Assembly: GCA_022605425.2 (NCBI GenBank)
Contig: CM061252.1
Coordinates: forward strand, 744,001-808,000
DNA: 64,000 nt
Direction: 5' to 3'
Source: Hamiltosporidium tvaerminnensis FI-OER-3-3
Lineage: Eukaryota > Fungi > Microsporidia
Shown here: positions 1 through 12,393 of the stretch, piece by piece
How the letters are laid out: every line of letters starts with the position of its first letter
Numbering within the stretch: the first letter of the stretch is position 1
Notes under the pieces: generated by a model
Told to the model about the DNA's origin: nothing
The model's input: the letters and a program-made list of their open reading frames with translations, nothing else
Databases searched by the model: none
Program-made: the position numbers and the translations under genes

Positions 1-1560
1 ACAAGTGATTGGCCTGTAGTAAAAGCCTCTTCGTGGAATTCCTTTCGGTATCAAATACGTAAGCCTGCAGTAAAACCAATCAGCTTGAGTTGTTCCTTCT
101 AAACATATAACTTTCACAATATCATAAATATATTTGTGAAGAGTTGTAAGTTTCTTAATGAAAAAATTGTAAATACCATCAATTCCAGCAGCTTTCCAAT
201 TAGGGAGCCAATTAATGATATTTACAAATTCATCAAGTGAAGGAAACGTGGTCGGATGATTATCTGATACAAATTGAATCAAATAATCATCATACATGAC
301 TGAGTCATCATTTTTGTTCCACAGTGTAGACCAAAAACTCACAATTTCATCACGACTAACCACATGCTCGGATTACACACGCTCAGATAACCCACGATAA
401 AATCGATCTCGGAAAAGCTCAAACATACGATTCTCTTTTCGGAATTGCTTCCTACTTTCATGCATCGTAATTTTTTTCTCGTACACATTCAAAGACTCAT
501 TCTTCTTAACTAAAGCCTCAGAAAGATCAGTTACACTGCTCAAGTTCAAATTAAACTCTCGCATAATTTTCTTAAGGCTCTTCGTTTTCGAAGTGGAGAG
601 CTTTTCCTGCTTACGAGCCTTTTCGAGAAGATCTTTGGAAAGTACTAGCTTAGAAATTTTACTTTCTATGTTTTCCTTCCAAGCGGATCTAGGCTTCTCT
701 TTACGTGTTGCTTCGTCATAGCATACCTGGGCTGCCTGGATTATCCGTTCCACTGCCTTTATCGTCATCGGCACACAAGAATCAGCATACTCACCGATAA
801 TTCGATTAATAAGGTCCAAAACTTTACTGTCAACCAATTCACTTGGAAGCTTTCGAGTTCGGAACACCACTTTTCCAATTTCCTTCTCCGAAATTTCTTT
901 AATTTTACTCAAAAATTTATCTCTCAGGTTTATGTACTCCGTGGTGTCGGTCAGGGTGCATGGCTCAGTGAGACAAGTGGTGATTCTACGTCGCTCTCCA
1001 TTCTCTTCTTGCCTTATTTCCCTTTCTGCCTTATTTTGTGGGAGTTTTCTAAACGCATCGATATCTAATGTGCAGCTAAATTTCTCATTATAGTACTTTA
1101 GAGTAGCGGACCAGCCATTTCTGGGCATTCTCTCAAACCTCTTTTGCACTGCTAGAATAGCAGATCCAGGCCATTACTGCTCTACGACTGTGACAGAGTC
1201 AAGTATTGAGTGCAATAACATCAGTCGATTCCTTTCTAGAATGGCATCTCTATTGAGGTTTGTCATGCCGTTGGCTGGTCCAAACGCGGTGGCATCGGTA
1301 CCAGAAGACGAGGGTATGGTGTCAACCAAGCAGACTGGACTAGTCTTTCAACTACTGCTTGCTGGGTGGTGTCATAGAAGGTCGGTGGAGGTGGAAGTCT
1401 CTCGGATAACATTGCTACATCTACATCACACATCAAAATCCTCTTGCGCTGTTCTCCAAGTTGTTTAAAGCCTCTATTTTTTGATTTTTATATTTTCGCT
1501 GGCTACTTTTTTCCTTCTACCTATTTAAATACAAATATATAATAAATTATTTTTAAATAT
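1..1560 (-). mobile_element. Pseudogenised copy of the R4/Dong-type RT-RLE LINE (5' part; runs off the window start)
   Basis: 1-760 is near-identical by eye to 50691-51450. GAA>TAA nonsense changes at ~373-375 and ~1175, and the start appears as ATA (minus strand ...ATAGGTAGAAGG vs ATGGGTAGAAAG in the intact copy). The 258-aa ORF 373..1149 aligns to the intact LINE protein. Confidence 0.95.
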
Positions 1561-1879
1561 AACTTAGAAATTTATAAGTTTAAATTCAAATTTCTGATTA
1601 TATTTGTGTAAAATCTGATCAAATTTATCTTGCAATAAAAAATTTAAAAATAGAATTTACTTTTTCGCAAAATATCGTTTGTTTTAATAAAGATAAGTTT
1701 ATTAAATTATTAAAATTGTTAAAATGGTCAGATTTGTGAAATTATGTAAGTTTTAGTTCCGAGATAGCAATATTTTAAATGTATAAGAATGATTTTCTTA
1801 TCAGATCTGATACAAAACAAAGTGTAAGAAATGTTTTGAAACGTATTTTTATATCCACTTACAGCAATGAAACAGTGCA

Positions 1880-3070
1880 ATGGATGTCGAGAAGGAGGTA
1901 ATACGTACCAAAATGGAAAATTATCTAGGATCATTTCTCAAAGATATAAACATAACAGAAAGACAAAAGGAAGCGATAAGTAAAATGTTGTTTTTAAACG
2001 AAATGCAATTTAAAGATCTGATAGAAGATTTATCGGATGAACTAGAAAGAAGAAAAGATGGAAAGAAAGACTTTCTAGAGACCAAAAATAAGTATACAGT
2101 CAAGAGAAACGATTCAAGGAAAAGATTGGCGAAATTAACTGAAAACAAATTTAAAAATCTTGTTTTAGACACTTATTTAGTTATGAATCATCGAAGACCA
2201 AACGAAAAGTTTTCTGATGCAAAGGAAATTGATACATTAATATTTGAATTAGAAAAAATGATAAAAACTCTAAAAAAACAAAAAACATATGAAGATTCTG
2301 TTATAGAAAATATTCAAGATGGTGGAAATATACGCCTAAAATCAAATATATACAATGAATACGTTAGAAATATTTTGATTAAACACAATGAAGATCTATC
2401 GGTTGTTAATTATATGGAAAAAATATTTAATGAACACATTCATAAATTAAAAAAGGACGAATTCCTTACTTTATTTGATACAAATGAATTTATTGGCAGA
2501 TGTGATAATATTTTTTATGAAATAAAACATTTCGAAAGAGAATATGAATATCATAAAAATAATATTTTATCTCAGATGATAGTATCTCCATCAGTAAAGA
2601 ATCTTTCGGAGCTAAATACAAATAACGAATTCAAGAATTATGTAATAACGAATGAAATGATACAAATATGTCGATTATTGTTTAAAGTAAATGAATATAA
2701 AAAACTACAAGAAAGTGAATCTTCATTGAGTAAAGAAATAAACGGACTTATTTGTTGCTTAGAGGCTATCAAAGAAGGATTTCAGACACAAAAAGATGAT
2801 CAATGTTATATAAGAATCGCCATAAATGTTAATGAAATAGCAAAATCTTTTGAAAGAAAAATAAGTAAATTCGATTTCGTAGATCACAACCATATTAAAA
2901 ATCTTTCAAATCATCAAAAAAATCTTGAAAATTTTATAGAAGCAAATAAAGACATATCTAATTTAGAAGAAAGCCGTTTATTTGAAACGTTTCCAAATAT
3001 GGTTTTTAATATTGCAGACATATTTAAACAGATTTTAAATGAAATACCCGGTGAAAATGATTCTTATTAA
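1880..3070 (+). CDS. SPA2: Spa2/GIT-type polarisome scaffold with two Spa2-homology (SHD) repeats
   Basis: 396-aa ORF. KMLFLNEMQFKDLIEDLSDELERR and KRNDSRKRLAKLTENKFKNLVLDTYLVMNHR match the tandem SHD/GIT pattern. TAAATAAA overlaps the stop. Confidence 0.75.
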   Translation: MDVEKEVIRTKMENYLGSFLKDINITERQKEAISKMLFLNEMQFKDLIEDLSDELERRKDGKKDFLETKNKYTVKRNDSRKRLAKLTENKFKNLVLDTYLVMNHRRPNEKFSDAKEIDTLIFELEKMIKTLKKQKTYEDSVIENIQDGGNIRLKSNIYNEYVRNILIKHNEDLSVVNYMEKIFNEHIHKLKKDEFLTLFDTNEFIGRCDNIFYEIKHFEREYEYHKNNILSQMIVSPSVKNLSELNTNNEFKNYVITNEMIQICRLLFKVNEYKKLQESESSLSKEINGLICCLEAIKEGFQTQKDDQCYIRIAINVNEIAKSFERKISKFDFVDHNHIKNLSNHQKNLENFIEANKDISNLEESRLFETFPNMVFNIADIFKQILNEIPGENDSY

Positions 3071-3392
3071 ATAAAATTATAAAATTTTCTAAAAAAAATA
3101 TTATTTAAATTTTAATAATCCTATTACCAAATATTCTCATTAAAACATTTTTATTCACAACTTTTGGAACTAATTTTTTGCTTTTTTTTAATCGAAATAA
3201 AATATGTAATTTTATATAGAAAATATTCTAATTTATTTTGAAATTTTAAAACAGAAAGATTTGCAAATTAAATATTTTTTAATAATCTGATAAACTCGTT
3301 TAAAATTATTTTTTGCAAGTTTTTTTAATGTGCAATAGCTCAGCACAATTAAATGTTTTAATAAAATTTTTAGTTAAATGGAATTAACATAA

Positions 3393-3495
3393 TTTAATAA
3401 AATTCTGGGTTAAACTATTTTTTACCATTTTATATATATTTTCTTCTACCTCCTTAATCACTATTGTCTCTTCTTCTAAATCCGACTCTTCTGGT
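3393..3495 (-). mobile_element. ~100-bp 5'-truncated LINE 3' end with 9-bp TSD
   Basis: tttaataaaattctgggttaaa...tccgactcttc matches 48439-48536. Flanked by ttaacataa at 3384-3392 and 3496-3504. Confidence 0.85.
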
Positions 3496-4383
3496 TTAAC
3501 ATAACAATAATGAATTTTAACAATATTCTATCAGAAATATTTTATAAATAATTTATTAAATAAAACATTCTTTCTAAACTCATAGATTGAATATTTCGAA
3601 AAATTATAGAAATTTTTATTTTTCTAAATTTGATGGATATGCTTCTTTTTATATATCACTTCAAAAATTTCGCTTATATTTGTAAATAGCTCCTTTTATG
3701 ATTTAATCTAATTGATTTTACTATTTAAATCTCAATTATTTTTTGATTTATAGCATGTTTTTTCAAATCATTTTTTATATGATATTGTTCTTAGACATAA
3801 TCAGAATCGGATATTAATTTAGGGGTATAAAAGATAATTTCTCTGGCTAGTAAGCAATATATGGTTTAACTTTGACTCTAAATATTTACAATAATTAAAA
3901 AGCAAATTTTAGACTGTCTTTTTAAGTATCATAGATCAAATATGTGCCTTTGATATTACTGGTATTGGTGATTCTTAATATAAAACTTTTTTATTCATTT
4001 ATTTAGTTATAAATTTGTTATCTTAAAATTTTTATACTCATATTAAATATAAAAATTCAAAAATTGCTTAATAGTGTTCAATATATTTTATATCTTAATT
4101 CTTATTATTTCTTATAAATTCAATTCTCAATAAAAACATAAATCTTAAAAAAAGTCTTCTTTTTTTTACGTAAACAGAATTTATTCCTAAACTAAATTTA
4201 TAAAAATTTTATTACAAAAAAAAACTTGAATCAAAAACAAACTTAAAAATTAAAGAATTTAGAAATTAAATCATTTGTGAAGAAAAAATACTAAAATTTT
4301 ACAATTTAAAAGAAAATCTCTAAAATGAAAGAAACCAAAAGTTTACAGCTTAATAACCATTTACAAAATAAAAGACTTATTTA

Positions 4384-4524
4384 TTAATTTTTATTATTTT
4401 CTGTTTTTCTTGATGTCTCTACATATTGTGTAACTATTTTTGATTTACATTCAAGTTCTCTCAATAACTTTTCACATTCCAATGCATTCTCATGTAATTC
4501 TTTGAGTTTCTCTGATATATACAT
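4384..4524 (-). CDS. 46-aa small coiled-coil protein absent from the ORF track (weak resemblance to DASH subunit Hsk3)
   Basis: Hand translation MYISEKLKELHENALECEKLLRELECKSKIVTQYVETSRKTENNKN*. CCCC lies ~12 nt upstream of the ATG after an AAATTT tract, and TAATAAATAA overlaps the stop. Confidence 0.6.
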   Translation of the reverse strand: MYISEKLKELHENALECEKLLRELECKSKIVTQYVETSRKTENNKN

Positions 4525-5172
4525 AATACCTAGAAGGGGCTATAAGGAAAATTTAAATAAGAGGTTAAACGTTATTTGTGTTTTTTTATTTGGAATATTT
4601 TATTTCTTAAACGATGTAAGGATCCTCTTGGATATTCGGTTTGTTTTGAAGTTTATATGAAATTTATATCTGAGATTTATTTTTGAAAATTAAAGTTTGT
4701 TTTTTTCTGTTTTTATTGACAACGCTTTCTCCTTTTAGCATATTTTTAGAAGAATCTTTGGGTGTATGCATCTCTGCGCTCCTAATACGACACATACAGA
4801 TGTCTTTTTACCAGCTGTAATCGATATTTTATTATGATATAGTCCTCTTTGCCGACTAAAATAAATAAATTCAATTGTCGTTTTGTGTATTATCGAATGC
4901 ATATGCTTCTACTCTTGGTAGTATTTTGAGCTTTTCAAGTTAAATTTTGTGGTAGTTGGGTACAATATCATCCCAAATTATCACTTAAGAAACTATATCA
5001 ATGCTACATTTAAAAAATGACTTGTTCCATCAACCAACAATTCTAATTTTTTAGTTTCAGAGTTTGCAATCCAGTCGTGACTTATGTAAAGTAGCATTGA
5101 CTGTAATGAAGAGGTTCGTTTGATTGAATCTCATATTTGAAAAAAAATAACAGATTATTATTTTGAAATTCG

Positions 5173-6241
5173 GGTTGGACTCTCGATGAAGACTAGAAGG
5201 AAAAAAAATGGAATATTTTTACTTTTATATAACAAATTTTGTATAATATTCATACTGACTAAAATAGTATTCAATAATATCAACTTTATCTAATATAAAG
5301 TTCAAATAATTTTAGAAACACGCTAGTTCGTGTTTTACATTGATGATTCTTACCAAAATTAAATCGTAAAAGCAATCAGCCAATTTAAGCCTTTGTTAAA
5401 ATAATGATTTGTTTTAAATCATTACTATAAATTTTTATTGTTTTGTATGAATACCTGATTCTGATTCAAAATCTGTAGAATAGTTCACATAATAAGAAAC
5501 ATAATGATTCTCTCTAAGAATTGATGGATATGAACGATGTTCATCAAAGTATACTTTACTTCTTAAATATATAATTATAAAAGCTGTTTCCAAAACACCC
5601 AACGTTCTATTTGGAATTATTTGTACATAGAACTTCCCCGTTGTTCTCTAAATATCTCTAAAACCCATTCTTAAGCAATAAGATGCCTCTAGTATACTTT
5701 CTTTTGTCGAAATCTGTTTCGTTCATTTAATATTTTCATGTCGACCAATTTTTTTAAGAGACTAAAATCAATTTTTTTATTAGCGATCTTAGGTCCTTAA
5801 TAGAGTCTGCTATGGTTGCAACTGAAAAACCATATATTGCCCTGACGGTTTATATGCTAATTCAAATGTAAAAAATACCCAAAGGATATAAATAATGCTA
5901 TGCGTTCCAATTTTGGAGTTTTTAATTCCATTCAAGAAATACTCGGTATATTTCTTATCACAAAACGAACAGCGGAACAAAATCATTCATAGAGAAAGAA
6001 TAGAGCACTTTAGAGTTATATTATAAACAGAACATCAACTAACCAAATCGTATTGTTCTAATAGAAAATTCTTCTCTAAGTCACTGTAGTTTTTTTATTT
6101 GCATTTTAAGGATTTTAATAAATAGCCCTCCAAGGTAACAAGTATCATATGAATAGAAAATTTAATCATTTTTAAGCAAGAAAATTTTAAGGCTAAATTT
6201 AAATATTTATTTAAATAATATATTTTTTATAATATTTTATA
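5173..6241 (-). mobile_element. Merlin (IS1595/ISXO2-like) DNA transposon relic; one TIR left
   Basis: TIR ggttggactctcgatgaagactaga at 5173 matches the TIR at 31440. Minus-strand frameshifted motifs: KKIGRH..NETDFDKRKYTRG, EWVL..RTTGKFYVQIIPNRT, FDEHRSYP. Homologous to 32500-33240. Confidence 0.85.
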
Positions 6242-6970
6242 GTGGAGACCGGATAACCACATAAAAAACTCTCTGCTTGGCAATGAGTGTGTGACCCTTA
6301 TCTGAAGAGCAGTGTTTATAGTTTTAATGGTAATAAAACCACACTACATCTTCGGTTGTTCACTGATAGTTGTTCTAGGATAAGAAGTCTAAGAAATGGC
6401 AAAAATATTTTTACAAATTTATTTGTGGCTTTTTATGTAACTAGATTGCAGACCGCAGCTAAAATTAAAGGTAATTCCCAGTTCAAAGCATAGAAACCTA
6501 GCCTTGCTCACTCGGGTTAGAAGACTTAGCGCCTGGGAGATATAAAATAAAAAACCATTTAAAGCCGGGAGAGCTAAGTAGCAGGTTATACCTGTTGGTA
6601 TGACATTGTACTGTCTAGGTGGACCCCATGTAATTCTCTGAATATATCTTAGCTAGAAGTTTATTGGGTTCAGAAAGTGTAGAGTAAGTGGGAATGCTGC
6701 ATAGTCTTGGGGGAGCCCAGGGGGGGGGGGTTCGGCCTTCGATCACACTCCATGCAACGGACATTAACGAACTCCGGGCAACTGTCTGGCCTAGTAATTA
6801 GGTTTTACACACCTGGTAGATGAAAGGCTTTGGGATGTAGGTATTGCAGTGGTACCGGTAGAGTGTGGGTAGTAGTTATTTATGTTAACCCTAGAACTAG
6901 AGTAATTTCATGAAAACAAATATAACACTTGCCACTGTTTTAAAAGGATGTGATACTTTTAAATAAAGTT
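6242..6970 (+). mobile_element. ~720-bp structured non-coding SINE-like element, copy 1
   Basis: Colinear with 52293-53017 from ggataaccacat to gatgtgatacttttaaataaagtt. No TSD visible. Confidence 0.9.
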
Positions 6971-7727
6971 AGAATTCTCTGTTATGCAAAGATTTCCAGT
7001 TGTATGGAACAATTATTCTGCACATAACTCAGTCATAAAAATATCTACCCTGGATAGGATAACAATAAAAGAAAATTGCTTTTATATATTGAATAAAGTA
7101 TACTTAAAGGTTTATAATTTAGATAGAAAATAGAATTAAAAACATGTTTTTTTATGTACCTATGGTAAATGATATTTTATACTCTTTTTCAAGTTATTTT
7201 GTGGTAAAATTTACCTTATAATTATTTTGTAGCCCAGATAAAACTATAGGAAATTAAATCATAGGTTTGTGCCAAATATCAAAACTTGTTGTAAAAAATC
7301 AAATATAATTGCATTAAGTAATATATATTGTGTTTAGCTAGTTACCTATTCCAGTTTTCTTTTACCTCTCGGTGTCGAGGATTAACAAAATAAGTTTTAT
7401 ATTTATTTATAGTGTTTAGTTACGATATATAGTTTACTAAATGCAGATATATATTATTAAAGTACTGATTAATATATAAAGTAGTAAAAATATAAAGAAA
7501 TATCTTCAATTTATAAATTATAATGTATTTATAATAAGACTTATCCTTATTAGTGGAATTAGAGATTAAATACAATATTTTTGAAAAAAAAGAGAAACCA
7601 TATTTCGATTTTATTATTAAATCAAAACTTTACTTCAAAACAGTTTCAAAAACAATGTTTTTGCTTTTGATTCTCCAAAAAAAAGAATACTATGCTTAGA
7701 TCTTAAAAAATGCTATTTTTATTTAAT

Positions 7728-8180
7728 TTAAGATTTTTTCAGCAACAAATCTTGATAGTCGGCTATCAGACTATCCACATTGCCAAGGCGTATCCTAAGT
7801 ATAGTAACAGTATCATTCTTTTCAGTTATTTCATCCATAGTAAAATCAATTAGTTTACCACCCTTGTATTCCAACACAAATGTATCCACTACTTCAACAT
7901 GCGGCTTAATTTTAACGATAGATAAATTAATTAAATTTCCATTTCTAATTATTCCTATATTTTGTTTGTTGGTATGGAATTCCAAATTAAATCCACTTGG
8001 TACCGGGGTCACCCTATCTAACAATTTCACATCCGTATATATATCTGATGCATATGATTTGGATTCGGTTACTATCAAACTATATTGACCAGATATATAT
8101 GTTTGAGTATCTTGTACCCTATTTTTCAAAGGCATAACTACAAATTGAGACAGTATCGATGCAAAATATAGGTGTAACAT
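7728..8180 (-). CDS. Hypothetical 150-aa protein, possible short signal peptide
   Basis: ATG-initiated ORF with hydrophobic N-terminus MLHLYFASILS. AATAAA follows the stop. Confidence 0.7.
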   Translation of the reverse strand: MLHLYFASILSQFVVMPLKNRVQDTQTYISGQYSLIVTESKSYASDIYTDVKLLDRVTPVPSGFNLEFHTNKQNIGIIRNGNLINLSIVKIKPHVEVVDTFVLEYKGGKLIDFTMDEITEKNDTVTILRIRLGNVDSLIADYQDLLLKKS

Positions 8181-11100
8181 GAATATTTACTTTTTCCTAT
8201 TTTTTTTATTATTTAATCTAAAACATGTTACAGTTTTACTTATCAAATCTTATATTTATGAAGCCCCACGTCTTTTTGAAATATTATTCTTAAAATATTT
8301 CATTTTAATATTTCAATGATAAAAAATATATGAAATATTATTTGTTTATCTATTAATACCATATCATATCCATACTTAATATAGCTTAGTTTACTTATTG
8401 AATGAATTCAAAAACAATATATTTGTAAGTCCAACTCTATGTTTTTTATTTATAATCTTATTAGAGGTAGCAAAATAATTTAACTAAAATTTTTAATTTA
8501 ACTAATTTGCTAAAAAATAAATTGGAAATAATTATACGTAAAAAAAAATGTAAAATCTTTGATATTTAATTTATTATGTTAAGTTATTAAAAAATTCTAA
8601 ATTTTTATAAAAAAATAGAATAAAAATTGAAATAAATCATATTTCTCAAAGTTTATATTAAATTATATTTCTTGAAATTTTTTTTATCAAAGATTAAATT
8701 TGATCACAGTTTCAAATATAATTGGTTGAAAGTTTATAAGTAGTTTCAAAGAAAATTGGCTAGTGTTTGAATCAAATTTAGAAATTTTTGAACCAGGAAA
8801 TTGAAAATAATGTTCGAATAAGCATATCAATATTAACAGTAATATATAAAAAACAACATCCTCATTTAATCTAAATATATTTGCTTCCATACTCTAAAAT
8901 ATTACATTCAATGAAATATATTTATAGAGTAATATTTCATTTCAAAGAACATCAGCACTTCTTATATCTATAATTCAATAGTAAGAATTTTACAAATGTT
9001 GATTATAAAATATTCTAGATTTTTATTAGATCTTGATTGGTAAACTATAAATAAAATATACTTTGAAAGAAAAGTCTTATAATTCTATCAAAATTAAAAG
9101 TATTTATTTCAATAAAACAAATATATAATTACCAGTCAGTTTAAAGAAAATATAGAAATCTATGAAGGTAATTCAAAATTTTTATAGATATAAACATATA
9201 TTTGTATTTGAGTAATATCTGTAAGTGGAAAAATAATTCATCGCCTGTTTAAACTATTTGATATCGCATTGGGTATTTTTTTTTGTGGCATGATTGATAT
9301 TTACTTATGTCGATTTTAAAATAACTGTAAGTTGAGTAAAATTTTTTGTACGAGTAATTTAAACAACTCTCTTTCCGTAATAACAGTTTATCTAAACTTA
9401 TAGTTTCTGTAGGAGCCAAGTTAAATATAGATATATAAATGAATAAGAATTTGGAATATTCAAGTGATTCTTATAATATATATACCAGATCAAAAATATA
9501 CATCAGATTAAATCTATGACAATGTTTCTTAGAACTCAACCTGATTTTATCAATATATAAGAGAACCAATAAGATTACCTTGCTGAAATTAAAGTCATTC
9601 GATCACCTTCAAATATTGATATAAAGATTAAAGAAATTAAGATAATTACAAAATCTCGAGGTATATATTAGATCAAATCTTAAAAATTAAAGTATTAAAT
9701 AACCAGGAATAAGATCGTGATCAATTGATCTCAAAACAGAGGTATAAATATAAGTATGGTCAACAAAACAGCCTAACTAGTTGTTTATAATTCAAAAATT
9801 AGATATAAGAAAAGATGAAATAACCAACTTAAATGTATAAATATTCGAATAACTTTATTTAAATCACCAGATAAACAAAATATAAAGTTCTTGACAAAAT
9901 TAAAACCGCTTTTTTCATTTAAAAGCTATGTAATTAGAATCAAATCTCAAAAAATAAAATAATTTAAGTCACTTCACTTCTTCAAACACAATTTCTGTTA
10001 TAAAAAATATAAATCCAAATAAAAAATAACTACGGTATATATTAATTGTATCTAAAATTTAAAATTCGATTATTCATTTCTAAAATCAATACACATTATT
10101 CTCTTCCATAGAAAGTTATCCGATATCAAACAGTTAAATTTCCTCACAGGAGTATTTTACAGTACAAAAATTATAATTTCAAATTTTATTTAAATCATCA
10201 CATCCGTTCTTTAGCTTTTTACAGATTATTTTACATTCAAAATTTTTTTAAAACATTGCAACACACAATTTAAATTTTTATTATTTGTTAAAGTTTTCTT
10301 AAAACCTGATTAAAATCACAAAAAAAATATTTATTGTAAATTTCCAAAATATATATTTACCTTCTTAATAAAAAAATATTTTAAAAATTAAATATAATTG
10401 GCAGTTACTAAAATTTAAGTCCTTTGTAAATCAAAGAATATCTTAAAAATTAAATGAATTATATTCTACCTTATTTCTAAATTGATTTCACAATAGAAAG
10501 TCATCTTTATAAAACTTTTATTTGATTCAGTATTCTTTTCGATATTTTTTTCTTTTATTTTATTTTCTTTCATATTTAAATGTATTTATCAAAAAAATAA
10601 TTAAAGAAAAAACCTATCACTTTTAAAGAAATTTATGAAAAGAGTAGGAAAGTTACTTTCTTTCAAATGTTTTATCTTATGTAATTTATATTCATAAATG
10701 TCTTTTAATTATATAAGAAAATACCTTAGTAATACTTTATTTTACATCTGTACTTTTATAAGTTATATATCCATAATTTCTCCAAATAAATTTACGATTC
10801 TTTTTTTTTTAATTACAAATAAAAAATTATTTACTATTTTTGTAAATTTTTCGAATTAAATTTTCTAATTTTTTCTTAATTTATAAAATAAAAAAAGAAG
10901 CAAAAATTTATTTGGAGAAAAAGAAAAAGAATGAAACTTACAGATTGAATTTATAATGTTTTTTTGCTTTCTTTACTCGTTATTAAAATAATATTTTGTA
11001 ATAAAAAATTCAAGTGAAACTTTAAATCTAAAAAAAATAATTTATTTATTTTATGAGAAACTTAAATATTTTATATAAAAAAAGAGAATTTAATTTTTAT

Positions 11101-12393
11101 TTCTTCGGTTTTTTATGTTTTCATGAGAATATTTTTATAATTTAAATCTTGAAAAATTAAAAGAAATTTAAATTATGTTCAAATATCTTTAGATCTTTAA
11201 AGCACTAAAATTTCATTATTTCTATTCTCTTTACAATCATTAAATTTATTCAAAAACTTAGATAGTCTTTAAATCATTACATCATTGAAATATTCATTAT
11301 TTCTATGCTTTTTGCAATTATAAAATAATTTTATGATTTTAATTTCTTGTTTCACACATCAAAATCATTTAGACAAAAAAGAAACTAAAATTTGATCATT
11401 TTTGACATTTAGACTTTGATTTTTGATGACTGATATCAAAATTCATAACACAAAAATGTATTTTACCACAAAATTCTTAATTTAAAACCAATTTATTATA
11501 AAAAGCAATATTGAATCAATTTACTATTTCAGAATAAATTTTTTATTTGATCTATTTTATTTTTATTTTTTTATTTTTTTTGTAATTTTTTAGTACTTTT
11601 TTAAATTTGAATAAAATTTGTTCAAAAACAGCTTTCATTTAATTTACTAAATGTAATAAATTTGTACTTTTTTTCTAAATTGCGCATTATTTTAATAGAA
11701 TATTTATAAGGTTGAAATTATATATTTTATATTATTTAGATTTTAAAATACCAATTCTTAGTTATAATAATATGAATCTAATTTCTTAATAACTAAGTAC
11801 TTCAGATACATTTTAGTATTCTTTGATTCAAATAATATATATTAAAATCATAAATATTTATAAAAGATTATTTTTTGTATTTAATAAAAATAATTTAATA
11901 AAATTATAATATTGCATCCATTTGGAATTCTATACATCCAACTGTAAAATTAATATTTGTACAAATATATTAAACACTTAGAATTATAAGAACAAACTAA
12001 AATTAAATTAATTTATATTTTTCTATAAATAACATATATTTAATACAATATATTTAATTTATCAATATGAATCTATCAAATAATTTAAGATTTAATATAT
12101 TTACAATATATAAAATATATAATTATAAATCTAAGATTTTAATCATAAAGTAAAAATATAAAGGAAGAGATTTAATTTAAAAGAAATTCTAAACAAAGTA
12201 GAAATGGATTAAATCATAATTTAAATTAAAATTTAATTAGCAAAATATGTAAACGTCAATGACAAGAATTCTATAAAAGGGAATATTGCTATTTCAATTA
12301 GCGATCTTTTGTTTATTTTTTTGGTAAAAATATAATTTATGATTAAAAATTATATATCAATTTGATTTATATAAAAATATAATAAAAAATAAA

